NCBI RefSeq assembly: GCF_009914755.1
Contig: NC_060935.1
Length of the DNA stretch: 64,000 nucleotides
Source of the DNA: the human T2T-CHM13v2.0 reference genome, Homo sapiens
Reading direction: 5' to 3' (one strand)
The notes beneath the pieces are model-generated. The model was not told where the DNA came from. It worked only from the letters and a program-made list of their open reading frames with translations, and did not search any database. The position numbers and the translations under genes are program-made. Positions 1-17,487 of this stretch are shown here, piece after piece (the stretch's first letter is position 1; each line of letters opens with the position of its first letter).

Positions 1-73
1 TGAGCCAAGATCGCACCATTGCACTCCAGCCTGGGCAACAAGAGTGAAATTCTGTCTAAAAAAAAAAAAAATT

Positions 74-1265
<1,192 letters not shown>

Positions 1266-2379
1266 GTGCGGTGGCGACTCAAGGCCAACACCTGTCTCCC
1301 TTTCAAAAGCCCAACCAGAATTGAGGCTTCCCTGAAGGCCTGGGTGAGCAGAGCCCACAGCTGGAGCTGAGGCAGGGCTGGGTGCATGGGGAGGCCTCTT
1401 GCTTTGCACAGGGGATCCTGGGCTGGGAGCCCAAGCTCTGTACATGGCTCCACCCAAAGGTCCCAGAACCAGGCACCATGTCAGGGATGTGGTAAGGTGG
1501 GGGACATGAGCTGTGCTTCCAGAGCCTTCCCAGGATTCCCAGCATCAAAGGAGGGCCATGGTGGGGGAGGGTGCAGCACACACAGGAGCACAGAGCAGCC
1601 CCAACTGAAAGAACAGACAGTTGGGCAGACAGGGCGGCCGGGCCCCTCACTCTGCATTGCAGGGACATGAGAGCTGGCACCCAGTGACTGACCTGTGCCC
1701 CATCTCAGCAGGAACAGGGGACCCAAACGAGCCAGGGGCCCTGGGGCATCGCCCTCGCCTGTGCGGAGCCCCGCGTGTCTCAGTGTGTGGCTGAGTTCTC
1801 TATGACTCACTGGGTGAGACGTGGGAGAGAAGACGCCAGGCTCTTCGCCCCGCCTGATGCCCAGGCTGACCCCAGGCCCACCTCAGCCAGCACCCCCTCG
1901 TGTCCGCCCCCGCAGCAGGGTCAGGCCCTGCTCAGTGACCCAGAGCGCACCCAGGGCCAGAAGCCAGAGAACAGCGGGAGCCCAGGCCTGTGCTGGACCC
2001 CAGGACCAGCCGTGTGGACAGAGAGGAGTGTGCACGTAGAGTGTCGGGGGAAAGCCTCCCTAAGGGGACCACCACACACGACCCTGGTCTTGCAACATGG
2101 CCCACCTGCCATCTGCCATGGAGGGGCTCACGGAGGGCACCCCTGGAGGCCGGGCAGGGAACACTGCCCCAACATACTCCTCTACCCACTGCTGCCACCC
2201 TCAGGACCCGCAAATCCAGCAGGTTACCTCTGCCCCTCCCCACGGCCGACCAGGAGGAATCAGGGGTGATGGCCTGGCCTCGGCTCACCTGCCTGGGCTG
2301 ACACACGCACACACCCCTCACGGAGGGCAGGCCTGTGGGGGACCTGCAAAAACTCGTAAAGACGACAGCCGAGGCCTCC

Positions 2380-4361
<1,982 letters not shown>

Positions 4362-4581
4362 TCACGCAGATGTGTGGCCGTGTTATGGGTGGTGACCACA
4401 GTGGGGGCTGCGGTGGGGTGGGCACCAAGCAGGACCGGCTCCTGGCCCAGCCCCTATCTCTGACTCTGTGGGGCAGAAGCCCCAGGGGACCGAGACCCTC
4501 CCCATCACTCTGTCTCCTTACACCCACACCCACCCGCGCCCAGTGACACCTTCAGCACGGCAGGGAGAGCCCTTGGCTCAC

Positions 4582-4737
4582 CTGGCCCCGACAACAGGCT
4601 CACGGGCATCCTTGGAGGTCGCGTAGTCCATACCATAGAAGTTGAGCCCCAGGAGGATTTTGCTTCGCCACTTGGACTTCGGGTCCAGGACCTGGACGCA
4701 GGCTCGAACCCAGGACAGGGGTGCATTAGGGCCAGGC
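4582..4737 (-). CDS. CHID1: CHID1 coding exon PGPNAPLSWVRACVQVLDPKSKWRSKILLGLNFYGMDYATSKDAREPVVGA(R); gene continues beyond window start
   Basis: CCCTGCAG| acceptor, AG|GTGAGC donor, 156 nt phase 2/2; GH18 KILLGLNFYG motif. Confidence 0.97.
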
Positions 4738-4872
4738 CTGCAGGGCAAGGGGTGAGCGAGTTTCAGCAACAGGGAGGGCCCCGCACCTGAGCCATCATTG
4801 GGGCCCTCCACTGAGGGGTGCATCCTCCCCATGCTGCGGCTGACACCTCTAGAGAGTTGTAAAGAACAGAAG

Positions 4873-5058
4873 TCACCCATCAGAAAGGGCTGTCAGCAGA
4901 GCGGGCCCATGAGGGACGTCACGTCCAGGGCCAGGATCACCCATCAGAAAGGGCTGTCAGCAGAGTGGCCCCATGAGGCATGTCCAGGGCCAGGATCACC
5001 CATCAGAAAGGGCTGTCAGCAGAGCAGGCCCATGAGGGACAACACACCCAGGGCCAGG
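4873..5058. repeat. Tandem repeat, 3 copies of ~59-64 bp (TCACCCATCAGAAAGGGCTGTCAGCAGAG...)
   Basis: Units at 4873, 4937 and 4996. Confidence 0.92.
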
Positions 5059-5415
5059 CACTCATGTGCGGCCCCCACCCCACAGCCACAGGCAGGAGTC
5101 CGCATGACACAGTGGGAAGGAGGTCAGCAGACACAAGGCCTTCTGGGCATCCTTCCTGAGGTCTCCCTGCCTGCGCCTGTGTCACACGGCCCTCCCACAA
5201 CAGTGTGGCTCAGGCGAAAGAGGACAGGGCGGCATCGGGCAGCAGCAGGACTATGCCTGTACCTCTGGCCGTGACCCAGCTCCACCAGAGGCAGGGCCCC
5301 ACCCACGTGACCACCACAGGGCATGGGGCAGGTGCAGTCCCACTGGCTTCCCTCAGGTGGGTGTCCAGACTCAGCAGGTGACCTTGTGCACAGAACCACA
5401 GGCAAGAGGGCATCA

Positions 5416-5519
5416 GCTGTGCCCAGGAGCCCCCCAGGTCCACACTCACTGCTGCACTGTGGAGTTTGCTGTGCCCAGGAGCCCCCCAAGCCCACACTCA
5501 CTGATGCGCTGTAGAGTAG
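5416..5519. repeat. 52-bp tandem duplication spanning a CHID1 exon/intron junction
   Basis: GCTGTGCCCAGGAGCCCCCCA...CACACTCACTG at 5416 and 5468. Confidence 0.9.
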
Positions 5520-5603
5520 TCGTAGGTCATGAGGCTGAAACCATCCAGCACGGGGGCCAGCTGCTCAAACTCCTTGTGCGTGAACATGCCCAGCTGGTCG
5601 GTC
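5502..5603 (-). CDS. CHID1: CHID1 coding exon TDQLGMFTHKEFEQLAPVLDGFSLMTYDYSTAH(Q)
   Basis: GTTACAG| acceptor, CA|GTGAGT donor, 102 nt phase 2/2; GH18 LMTYDY motif. Confidence 0.97.
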
Positions 5604-7167
5604 CTGTAACAGACAGGTGCAGCCACTTCAGGCTGCTATGCCCTGCCTGAAGCCCCTCCCCAGCTGCGGTTCGAGCAAGCTGCCTGTAGGGGACTTGGGT
5701 CACTTTTCCCAAGGGGAAAAGTGTTCTTCTGGGGTGGGGACAGCCTGCAGCTTGGTTGGGGCCACAGAGGCTGGGGGCTGGGAGACACAGGGGGATGTGG
5801 TCATCGGGGCCCAGAGGCCTCTCTGAGACCAGGGTACAGCTGAGAATGACAGACCTAATGGCGGGGAGACCTGGGCCAGGGCTGCCCATGGAGGGGCAAG
5901 GTCAGTGGAGAGTGGCCAAGAGGATGGGCCACTCCCAAGAGCTGGGGTTGCTGAGATGGAGGTGACTGATCCAGGCTCCCAGGAGCGTCCCCTCCCGGGG
6001 TCTGCAGCAAAGCCTCCCTGAAGGCAGAAGCAGCTCCTGGGATGCAGCCCTCAAGCCCACTCAGGGTCGGCCTGGCCCAGCCAGGCTGTCCAAAGCCCTC
6101 ACTGGACCTCAGCAGGTAGACGGGAAGGACAAGTGCTTGGCTCCCAGGGATGGAGCAAGGCTGTGTGGCACATTCCCCAGCATGGGGGAAGGGGCGCCAG
6201 GGCAGGTGGTCGGCTGCGGACACCTGTGGCATGGGCACCGCGGAGGAAGCGGCCCTGTTCTGTCTGCCTGGCCCCTGGGCCATCTCTGGATGGCCGCCCT
6301 TCCCTCGGGGACCTGCTCCTTCCTGACCTGGATCCACTGGGGACTAGTGTCTCCTGGGGCAGCCTTCCCGCCTGGCCCAGGGAGAGCTGGGTGCTGGCCT
6401 ACGGCCCCTCCACACCCAGATCTATAAGCCAAGGGGAGACAGGAGCAGTACATGAAGGTCAACACCGAGGGGGCGGAGGGCCCCACGGCAGCAGGACATA
6501 GGACAACAGCATGGGGGACGCGGCCGGAGGAGCAGCATGCACTGAAGTGAGGGGAGGGGGTCCCTGTGAGGCAGTGGGCCCTGATCTCCCTCAGTTGTGA
6601 CCCCTCCTCTGCTCAAGGGTCACTGGGCTACCAAATCTGGACCACGCCAAGGGCCTCAGTGCTGGGGCTTCTGTCAGGGGCTTGAGGGCCCAAGACACCT
6701 CCTGCAGATCCCTGGACCCACCTGGCAGGTCTGAGGAGCGCCTCTCCAGATGTGCAGTTTTATCCCAGCCCCTGCCTTGAGTCTACCAGGACCAAGGTCT
6801 GGGCCTTCCTCCTCTGCTGAGCACAATGAGAGGCCCAGGCCCCAGAGTCTGTCCACCCCAGGCTGTCCCGGCCTGCAGGTACGTGGAGCATCATCCATGG
6901 TCCCCTCAGCCCCGACCTCTTTTCCTGATGCCTGCCAGCCCCACCGCTCAGGCACGGTCAGCCTCCCCAGATCCCCGACAAACACCTCCCAGCACTACGC
7001 CCATCACTCCCGGTGGCCTCCCTCAGTGCCTGGGCCCTTCTCTATAGCCAAGTGCCCCTAAGACTTCAGCCCCAAATCCAGTTGTCCACTGGAACCTTCC
7101 TGCCCTGCAACCTCCCTCTGGGCCGAGGTCTCCACCCAGGTCCTCTCACCGAAACCCAAGATCATTT

Positions 7168-8170
<1,003 letters not shown>

Positions 8171-8219
8171 TCCCAGGTGGCACCTTGGCCCCTCCCACAC
8201 AGAGCCCCCCAGCTCACAG

Positions 8220-9010
<791 letters not shown>

Positions 9011-10178
9011 AGCAGGACTGCCTGTCCCTTTGGCTCCTACTTTGCCAATCTCATGGCAGCCCTGTCAGCCGCAGCTTCTACTCTGCAGGGGCCTGTCCCA
9101 CAGTCCAACCCCTCCCCTGTGCCCATGATGCCCTTCCAAGCACCCCGTCCCGCTTCACACGCTGCTATCAGACATGTGGGGTCCTGCCGTGAGCCGGGCT
9201 CGTGTGCCTCCCCCACATCCACGGTGCTGCAACGCCCCTGTCCCTCTCGTGGGCGCCATGCCCTCCACCACCTCATGGCCTTGGCCACACCAGGCACTCC
9301 TGGCAGAGCTGGCTTCACTCCACAAGGCCTTGGTAGGTGAGGCCACGTGTCCAGGATCTGGTTCCCACCAGCTACAGAATGTGGCACAGAAACCACGAAT
9401 GCTCCCCATGCGTCCACCAGAAATGCAGCTCCACGACATCCCCAAGCAGGAAGGGGCAGTCCTGCCAGGGGACATGGCTCCACACCACGCCCCTCAGTGC
9501 AGCATGCTGACATGTGACATGCCTGTGGCACAGCTTGCATTTTCCCTTCGGGGCTCACGCAGCCACCCACTGACCCAACAACTTTGCTACAGCTGGGCAC
9601 CAACCACGGCCGCAGGCTAAGAACGGTCCTCACGCTTTCAAGGGTGGTAACACAACACGAGGGAACAAAGCAGGCCCCATTCAGAGGCGGAAGCAGCTCA
9701 CGGTGGTGATCAGTGGGAGAAAGAGGGGAGGGCACCAGTCCTGTGCCCCCGGTCCTGCCAACCCCCACCTGGCGCTGGCCCTGAGGACCACCCGGGAATG
9801 TGGACCTCCTCCTACTTGCAAGAAACACTGCAAAAGGGCCACTGCCAGGTGTCCTCCCCAGCCTGTGTCCTTCACCCAGACACATGCGAGAGCCGGCAGC
9901 AGAGCCATCTGTCTCCGTGCCCCGTGGCACCTGGACAAGAGGGGATCACCACGGCTGAGCAATGAGTTAACAGCTTGTCACGGATTAGACGCAGCGTGAC
10001 TTCCGATGAACAGGAATTACTGCTCACACCGAAAACACCATGTTCTGCATTCATTTCTGAGGAACGAAAGCCCCGGGAGGAAGGAAAGAAGGAAAAGGAG
10101 CTCATCACAGCCAGCTGCCGACCCTCCCATCGCCATGTCGTGGGTGGGCCCCATGCAGGCAGCGGCATGCAAGGTGAG

Positions 10179-10375
10179 TGCCCACTCGGCCTCGACTGGA
10201 CCCCGGGCCCACACCAACGCCAGTGCCTGCCCACTCGGCCTCGACTGGACCCCGGGCCCACACCAATGCCAGTGCCTGCCCACTCGGCCTCGACTGGACT
10301 CCGGGCCCACACCAACGCCAGTGCCTGCCCACTTGGCCTCGATTGGACCCCGGGGCCCACAGCAACGCCAGTGCC
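10179..10375. repeat. Minisatellite, 4 copies of 49 bp TGCCCACTCGGCCTCGACTGGACCCCGGGCCCACACCAACGCCAGTGCC
   Basis: Units at 10179, 10228, 10277 and 10326. Confidence 0.95.
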
Positions 10376-10868
10376 CCTCCCCCTCCAGACGGCTGGACGC
10401 GCTCTGCTCTTCCCGGGCTGCCCCTGCTCAGGCTTTGTGCTGAGACAGGCCGCTCTGTGCCCCAGGGCCCTGGGGGTGCACTGCCCAGCTGGCTGCCTCA
10501 CACTGAACAATCCCAGGCTGGGGCCTGACCAGGTCCCTCCAGCCACGTGGACCCCACAGCTGCCAGAGGCCGGGGCGGCTGCGGCCTCCAGAACAGCGTC
10601 CTCCCAGATCCGAGGGGAGACGGTGACACGAGTGAGCCCACAGTCTCCTGCCATGTACCCACACCGTCCCTCCAGCACAGCACGACTCTCACGTTCTACC
10701 TGCGAACTCCCTGAAACCCCCACCCACCCACCTTGGTCCTGACACTGGGCCCACGTGGCAGATGCCCCCTCTTCCCTCGGCCGACCAGCTGCCATCTCTG
10801 GGTGACATCTGCATCACTGTAGTTGACGCCAGGCAAAAGGAACGTCGGCTCCACGTCAACCCCTCCCG

Positions 10869-10882
10869 CCGCCATCTGCTGG
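10869..10882 (-). promoter_or_regulatory. Intronic CTCF core motif CCAGCAGATGGCGG overlapping a YY1-like AGATGGCGGC
   Basis: 14/14 match to the consensus. Confidence 0.45.
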
Positions 10883-11356
10883 GGTGGGCCCATCTCTTCC
10901 CTGCTCCTGCACTCCAGCTACCAGACCCTGTGGGCTTAGCCTCCCTGTCTCCCTAGACTGTCATCTTCCAGCCACCCAGCAGGGGAGAGCCATAGTCTCT
11001 GACCTCCATTCAGCTGACCTCCCTCCAGGCTGAATGTGAGGAAGGCGTGGGCTTGGCCTATGGTCCCTAGTCCCTGCCAGCCACACCGCCTGGCCCTATA
11101 GTTGCCACCTGCAGAGCCAGGCCCCACAGCAGCCCTGAGGGAATGCCAGTCCCCAACCCTAACAGAGATGGTGGCATCACTGTCAGGCCCCATAGCAGTC
11201 CAAGGGAATACCTTTCCCCAACCCTAACAGATGCTGGCATCACTGTCCCTGCAATCTCCCATGCTCAGGGCATCTGCCCCCAGCAGCCAGCGGCCACAGC
11301 TGTTCCTCCACCCACAGCTCCCCTCCCCCTCTGCCCACCTGTCAGAGATTTCTGAA

Positions 11357-11570
11357 CCCGCTCCCCATGGCCTTGGGTCGCCTGGCCCCTGTCTGCTGCT
11401 GCTGGCATCCTCGCCCCCTCACGATGGCTGCTCTACTGTTCTCAGCCTGCAGGCCTAGCCCGCTCCCCATGGCCTTGGGTCCCCTGGCCCCTGTCTGCTG
11501 CTGCTGGCGTCCTCGCCCCCTCACGATGGCTGCTCTACTGTTCCTCAGCCTGCAGGCCTAGCCCGCTCCC
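11357..11570. repeat. ~102-bp tandem duplication (2.1 copies)
   Basis: CCCGCTCCCCATGGCCTTGGGTC at 11357 and 11459; partial copy at 11562. Confidence 0.93.
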
Positions 11571-13282
11571 TGACTGGCCGGTTAGCACCCTTTGGCCCTT
11601 TGGGGCCTGACCTCAGCCTGGACCTCGGCCCGTCCACACCGCACGGGGTGCCTACGGTCCCCCACAGAGGCCTCAACACACACTGCCAGCACGCGGCCTG
11701 CCCCATCCCCTGAGGCTGCGGGCAAGAGGCAGGTGGGCGACGGGAGCAGGGGCCTCTGTGCAAACGTGCTTGCTGGGGATACGGTGACGGCGCCCCCATG
11801 CGTCACCTTTCTCTGACTGCTGAGTTGGGCTCCACATATAGCGATGGCCGGCCCTGAACCACGGGGCTTGCAGGAGCTGGCCAGGGTCGCGGCCCCGCCC
11901 ACCTCAGAGTGGACCACTGACAACAAGGCCGGCAACGGCGCCAGCAGGGCCCAGGAAGGAAACCAGCCCTTCCTGGGTTCCTGAGGTCAGCTCCCTGGAC
12001 CCAAGGGGGTCCCAGTAGCTAACAATGCCCAGAAAACACAAGGGGCCAACTAGAGAGTGACCCAAGGGTTCTGCTCCCATGTTAAGGATGGCACCACCAC
12101 ATGGGCACCTGGGGACAGCCTGTTGGTCCCACTGGCCTGTGGGGTTTACGCTGTGGCTTTGCCCCTGGGTCTCCTCCATTGCTGAGACTGACTGTGGGAG
12201 CAGGGCTGGAGGTCCGCAGAGTGCTCAGTTCCAGGACCAGACACCCTGGGGTCTGTGGCAGCTGAGTTAGGGCTGCCTCTGTCTGCTGACGAAGGACACG
12301 ATAAAATTGGCATTTGGCGACTGGGGTGCCCCTCCCCGCAGCACGCAGACCTCTCTCCAGGGGCCATTGTTCCACAGACAGTGCCCCTGGAGAGAGCGAG
12401 CCTGTGTGCTGGCAGCGCTGCTCTTGGGAGGTGAGTGACAAGCACAATTACGCGCTGCTGCAAAAGCACCAGGGACAGGGATTTACGAGGCTCCTCTGCA
12501 GTGGCTGCTCTTCCCTCAGAGTGGGATGGGGGAAGGATAAACACAGATGACAAAACAGCCCTCCTCACCTCTGGGGCTGTAGCCAGAGTCTCGGGAGAAC
12601 CCACGGGAGCCTCAGCACCTTCACCGGCCCCGCCGACTGGGAGGGCACAGCCCTGTGCTCCAGTGGAGCGGGCGCACAACAGCAGTGCCCAGCCCTCCCC
12701 CGAGCTGGGTCCCACTTCCCCGGGGACCCCCACCGTGGGCCTCGGCCCCGCCCCCAGCCTCGTCACCGTGCCCGTAGCCCTGGCGTGCATCCCACCCTAC
12801 AGCTGCAACCCCCACCAGCGCCATGCAAATGGAGTTGTGAGCTTTGGTTGCTGTGGGGTGAGGGGCAGGGACCTGGCCCAGCTCCAACTGCCCACTTCCT
12901 GCCTAGGGCCAGAAGCTCAGGCAGAGGCTGCCACCAGCAGAAGACAGGCACCTGGTCCTCTGCCCCAGCCTCAAGAACTGCCCTGGGCTCCTGAGCTGGT
13001 CCCCACCGATGGCTGCTTCTGCAGCTCCCCTAAGCACAAAGGGCAACCTGGGAGCCCCATGAAATCAGTGCCTCACAGAGGTGGCCATGCCCATGGCCTC
13101 TGGACAAGGAGTGTCTGCTGCCCCGAGGAATCTTCACCCAGCCCCAGGCCTGTAGTCCTCCCAACCACCTGAGACAGGTGCTGTCAGCTCTGGAAGGACG
13201 TGTCCTCACAGCCAGCCCCTGCCAGCCCCCTTCAAACCCTGGGAACACAGGTCAGACATTAGTGCCTTACATCGGAAAAGGC

Positions 13283-13578
<296 letters not shown>

Positions 13579-14862
13579 CGCAGCGTGGGGGCCCCAAACC
13601 CGGGACACAGGTGAGACCCCAGCCCTGGACTTGGGCCCGTTATTGCCGGGGAGGCTGAGGTTGCTGGGCTGCAGGAGCAGAACTGCCGAGGCACAGCCAG
13701 GCCCCTGCCCACCAGCACCACCCACAGGTCAGCCCAGCTGGCACATAAGGGAGAGGGAGGGGCCAGGGCACACAGCAGTGCTGCAGACGGGAGGCTCCCC
13801 AGGGCTCGGCCTGGGACAGGACCCCCAACGCCTGGTCACAGGCAGAGGGAGTTCTGTCTGCACAATGCTGGGTACGTGTGCAAGAAGCTCAGGCCATGCA
13901 CGAAGCAGCCCCCAGGGCTCAGCTCTCAGCACCTCTTCTGCTTTCCACTTTCCAGGGTCTTCCATCAAAGGATCAGTCTGAGCCCAACAGGAACTAGCAA
14001 CTGCGCTGTGCTGGGAGCCAGAAGGGTCTAAGCACTGCCTGCCCCAGCTCCAGGGGAGGAACCTGGCCACGACAGCAGGACCACGGGCACAGGTCTGAAA
14101 CCTGGTCTGCAGGACATGCTGCTGTGTCTGTCCCAGCACTGCCTTGCCCAGTTGCAGCCCACACTGATCAGCGGAGAGCCCTGGAAAGCTTGGAGAGAAA
14201 AGTCGGTTGACTGTGCAAAGGGCCCTCAGCAACCTACAGGCTGTGAAGGAGGCCACCAAGCTGCCTCCTTAGCCAGGGGTGCTACCCTGAGGGCATGGCC
14301 GGCCTGTGCTGGCACAGGCATGTGCAGGGTGGCCGCCTCCTGTGAGCACAAACTGGCTCTTCTGTGAGTCCCTCTAGCCAACCTTGGGTTTGGGGGTGCA
14401 CCCAACCGCACACAGCGAGTGGCCCGCAGTCACCTCTCTGCCTCTGGAGGGAGAGGAGGCTGCAGAGGTGCAGAGGGCTGGCAGCTTTCCAGAGTGGCAG
14501 GCCGGGAAGCCCAGTGTCTGCCTGAGGGGCTGCCCTGGGCAGAACCCTGGGACTTCTGCCTCGACACCCTGGGGTGCCCCCAGCCAAGCCAGCCCTGCCT
14601 GGCCTCTGTGACTCCCCAACCCAGCCTGCTTCTGTCCACTTGGCCCCCAGGTCTGCCCCTGGGACTCACGTGCTGACTTGGAGCCTTCTCTGTGCCCAGC
14701 ACAGGGGCACAGAGTGTGTGGCAGCTGAAGCCTCTATACAGACGGGATGAGGTTTGGGTGCTGAGCAGGAGGGCCTGGGCCCTTTGGCCGACACCCTGCA
14801 CTGGCTGCCCCCGACCCCAGAGCCCTCCACAGCCACCCCCACATCTCAAGAGCGGCACTTAC

Positions 14863-14955
14863 CCGGGGGTGATGGCAGGCGGGATGACCAGGAGGGCCAG
14901 CAGCCGGGCCTGGTGCAGAGCCTCGGCCAAGTGGGTGAGCATGTGGATGAGGCCC
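14863..14955 (-). CDS. CHID1: CHID1 coding exon GLIHMLTHLAEALHQARLLALLVIPPAITP(G)
   Basis: TCTTGCAG| acceptor, GG|GTAAGT donor, 93 nt phase 2/2. Confidence 0.96.
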
Positions 14956-15285
14956 CTGCAAGAACCGAGAGATGGGGTCAGCAGTGCCTGGCACTGAGGC
15001 CTCTCCCAGGGTTCTGTGACACCCGCTGCCTCAGGGAGGGGTGGGGCTGGTCCCCAGCCTGACACCCTGCAGCAGGGCAGGTGGGCCCCTTCGTGGGAAC
15101 TTCCTATCCATCTCTGGATGTAGCCCCAACAACACTGTCTCATGCCCAGTGGGCCCCCTAGAGTGGGGGCCTGTGCAGTACCCCAGGAATCCCCAGAAAG
15201 AGGGGCTCCAACAACCAGAGACAGCCCCACGTGTGTACATCACACTTTAGACACCTAAAGACATGGCAGATTAAAAAAAAAAAAA

Positions 15286-15732
<447 letters not shown>

Positions 15733-17304
15733 TTAGGCCTCCTCTGGCCCCTGGAGGTGGAGGGGGCAGGAGCATCTCAGAGCAGGCTGGCAGTGTTCCC
15801 CAAGGGATGGCACTAGCCTCCCTCCTAGCACGGCCTAGGAGCAGCCGTCAGGACCCCAGGCCGGCCGTGTGCACACGCTGGTGCCCATGAGTCTACCCTG
15901 CAGGTGGCCTCTGCAGAAACTGGCCTGGAGCACATGCTGCTGCAAAGCTGGGTTTCAGGGTGATACGTCCACACTGGGCAGGCTCTGGCTGTTACCGCAC
16001 GTAGGAGACTGTCACTCTCACGCTGCAGGCCCCTGGGAGCAGCCCCATCTGGGGAGGAGACCCACCCCTTAGGGGATGACAGGAGGACTGAGAGTGGGGC
16101 AAGAGCCGGCCCCTGGTGGCCCCAGGTCCCGCCCCACTCCAGCACAAGCCTCTGTGGGGCTCAGTGAGAACCGGGTTAGGTCAGGACGAGGTGACGGTTC
16201 CTCAGCCAGTACCCAGAGGCCCTGGTGCTCCCAATGGTGCCAGGACCAGGGCCTGGCATGTGCAACTGCTGCATAGTGGCAGCTCCTGTTTCCCTGACAT
16301 GGCCCAGGTGGGACTGTCATTTTCCAAGCCAAGCCCCCGTCAATTCCTGGGTAACTCTGGCCCACATCATCTGGTGTTAGTTCTGCCGGCTGCAATGCAG
16401 GTACAGTCCTCAGTGGGGAGCAGTGTCTTTGGGCAGCCCGTCCTCACGCCTCTGCAGCTGTGTCCACAACTCTATGGGTACCAGAGGCTGTCACACACTG
16501 TGCGCCACTTAGAGGTGGTGGTCAAGGAGGGTGCTGCCCCCGCCCCTGAAACACCAGAGCAAAGTGAGCAGAGTAAGCCCTGCCCAGATGCCTGGGGAAG
16601 CTGACCCTACCTGGGGGTCTCCTGCCTGGTTCCCAGCCTGTGGGCTCTATGCTGTCTGCAGGTACCCACAGCTCCCCAGGATGGTGGTGGGATGGCCTTC
16701 CTCCAGGGCCACACCAGACCTGAGGGCCAAAAGGTGCCCCCAGCCACTCTGTGAGGGGCCCAGGGAGCCTGGGTGTCCACCCACAGTCAGGCTCACGGTG
16801 TGGCCCAGAGCTGGCCTTCAAGGAGGACAGGTGTGAGTCAGGTCTACCCAGGCCCCCAGGAGACAACATGGGCCCCGGAGGCGACGTGAGCTGCAGCTAC
16901 AGTGCTGCAGCATTGCCCGGAGCGCTCCTCACGACAGACCCCCTCATACTGCCAGCTGCTGGCACTGGTGGCTCCGAGCGCCCCTAACACAGCCCCTCTG
17001 GGCATGCGGACAACTGTAAGGGGCTGATCCAGAGCTCAGGAGGGACCAGAGGCAGCAACATCCCTTCTAAGGGCACTGCCAACAAACTCTGCAGGAAAAG
17101 CTGCCCCTGAGCCTCTGTCCAGGGCCCAGTGCATGGGACCGAACCTGCTGAGCCCAGTCTCGGGCCTGGCACAATGCGGGCTGGGGTCCCAAGTGGTGGT
17201 CAGAGGCAGGACTGTGCTGAGGCAGCTCCCAGGCAGCAGAATGCCCAAAGGAATCTGCCAAGCTGCTCTGAGGAGCCTGGATACTGCCTGCCCCTGCCAT
17301 GCTG

Positions 17305-17362
17305 GCAGCTCCCGACCTTCCTGCAGCTCCCCACCTTCCCGCAGCTCCCCACCTTCCTGCAG
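17305..17362. repeat. 18-bp unit x3 (GCAGCTCCCCACCTTCCY)
   Basis: Read directly. Confidence 0.85.
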
Positions 17363-17487
17363 GAGCCTGGACACGAGGTGCTCGCAGGCTGCTCCCAACC
17401 GTCCTCCCCTGCAGCGGCCACTCCGGCTCAGCAATCCCCCTACTGCCTCCTGCCCTCCCACCCTGACGTTAATGACCCGTCGAGCCC

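Noticed and set aside
9037-10795. 297, 307 and 255 aa overlapping ORFs
   Set aside because: GC-rich intron including a VNTR; no recognisable domain or exon structure
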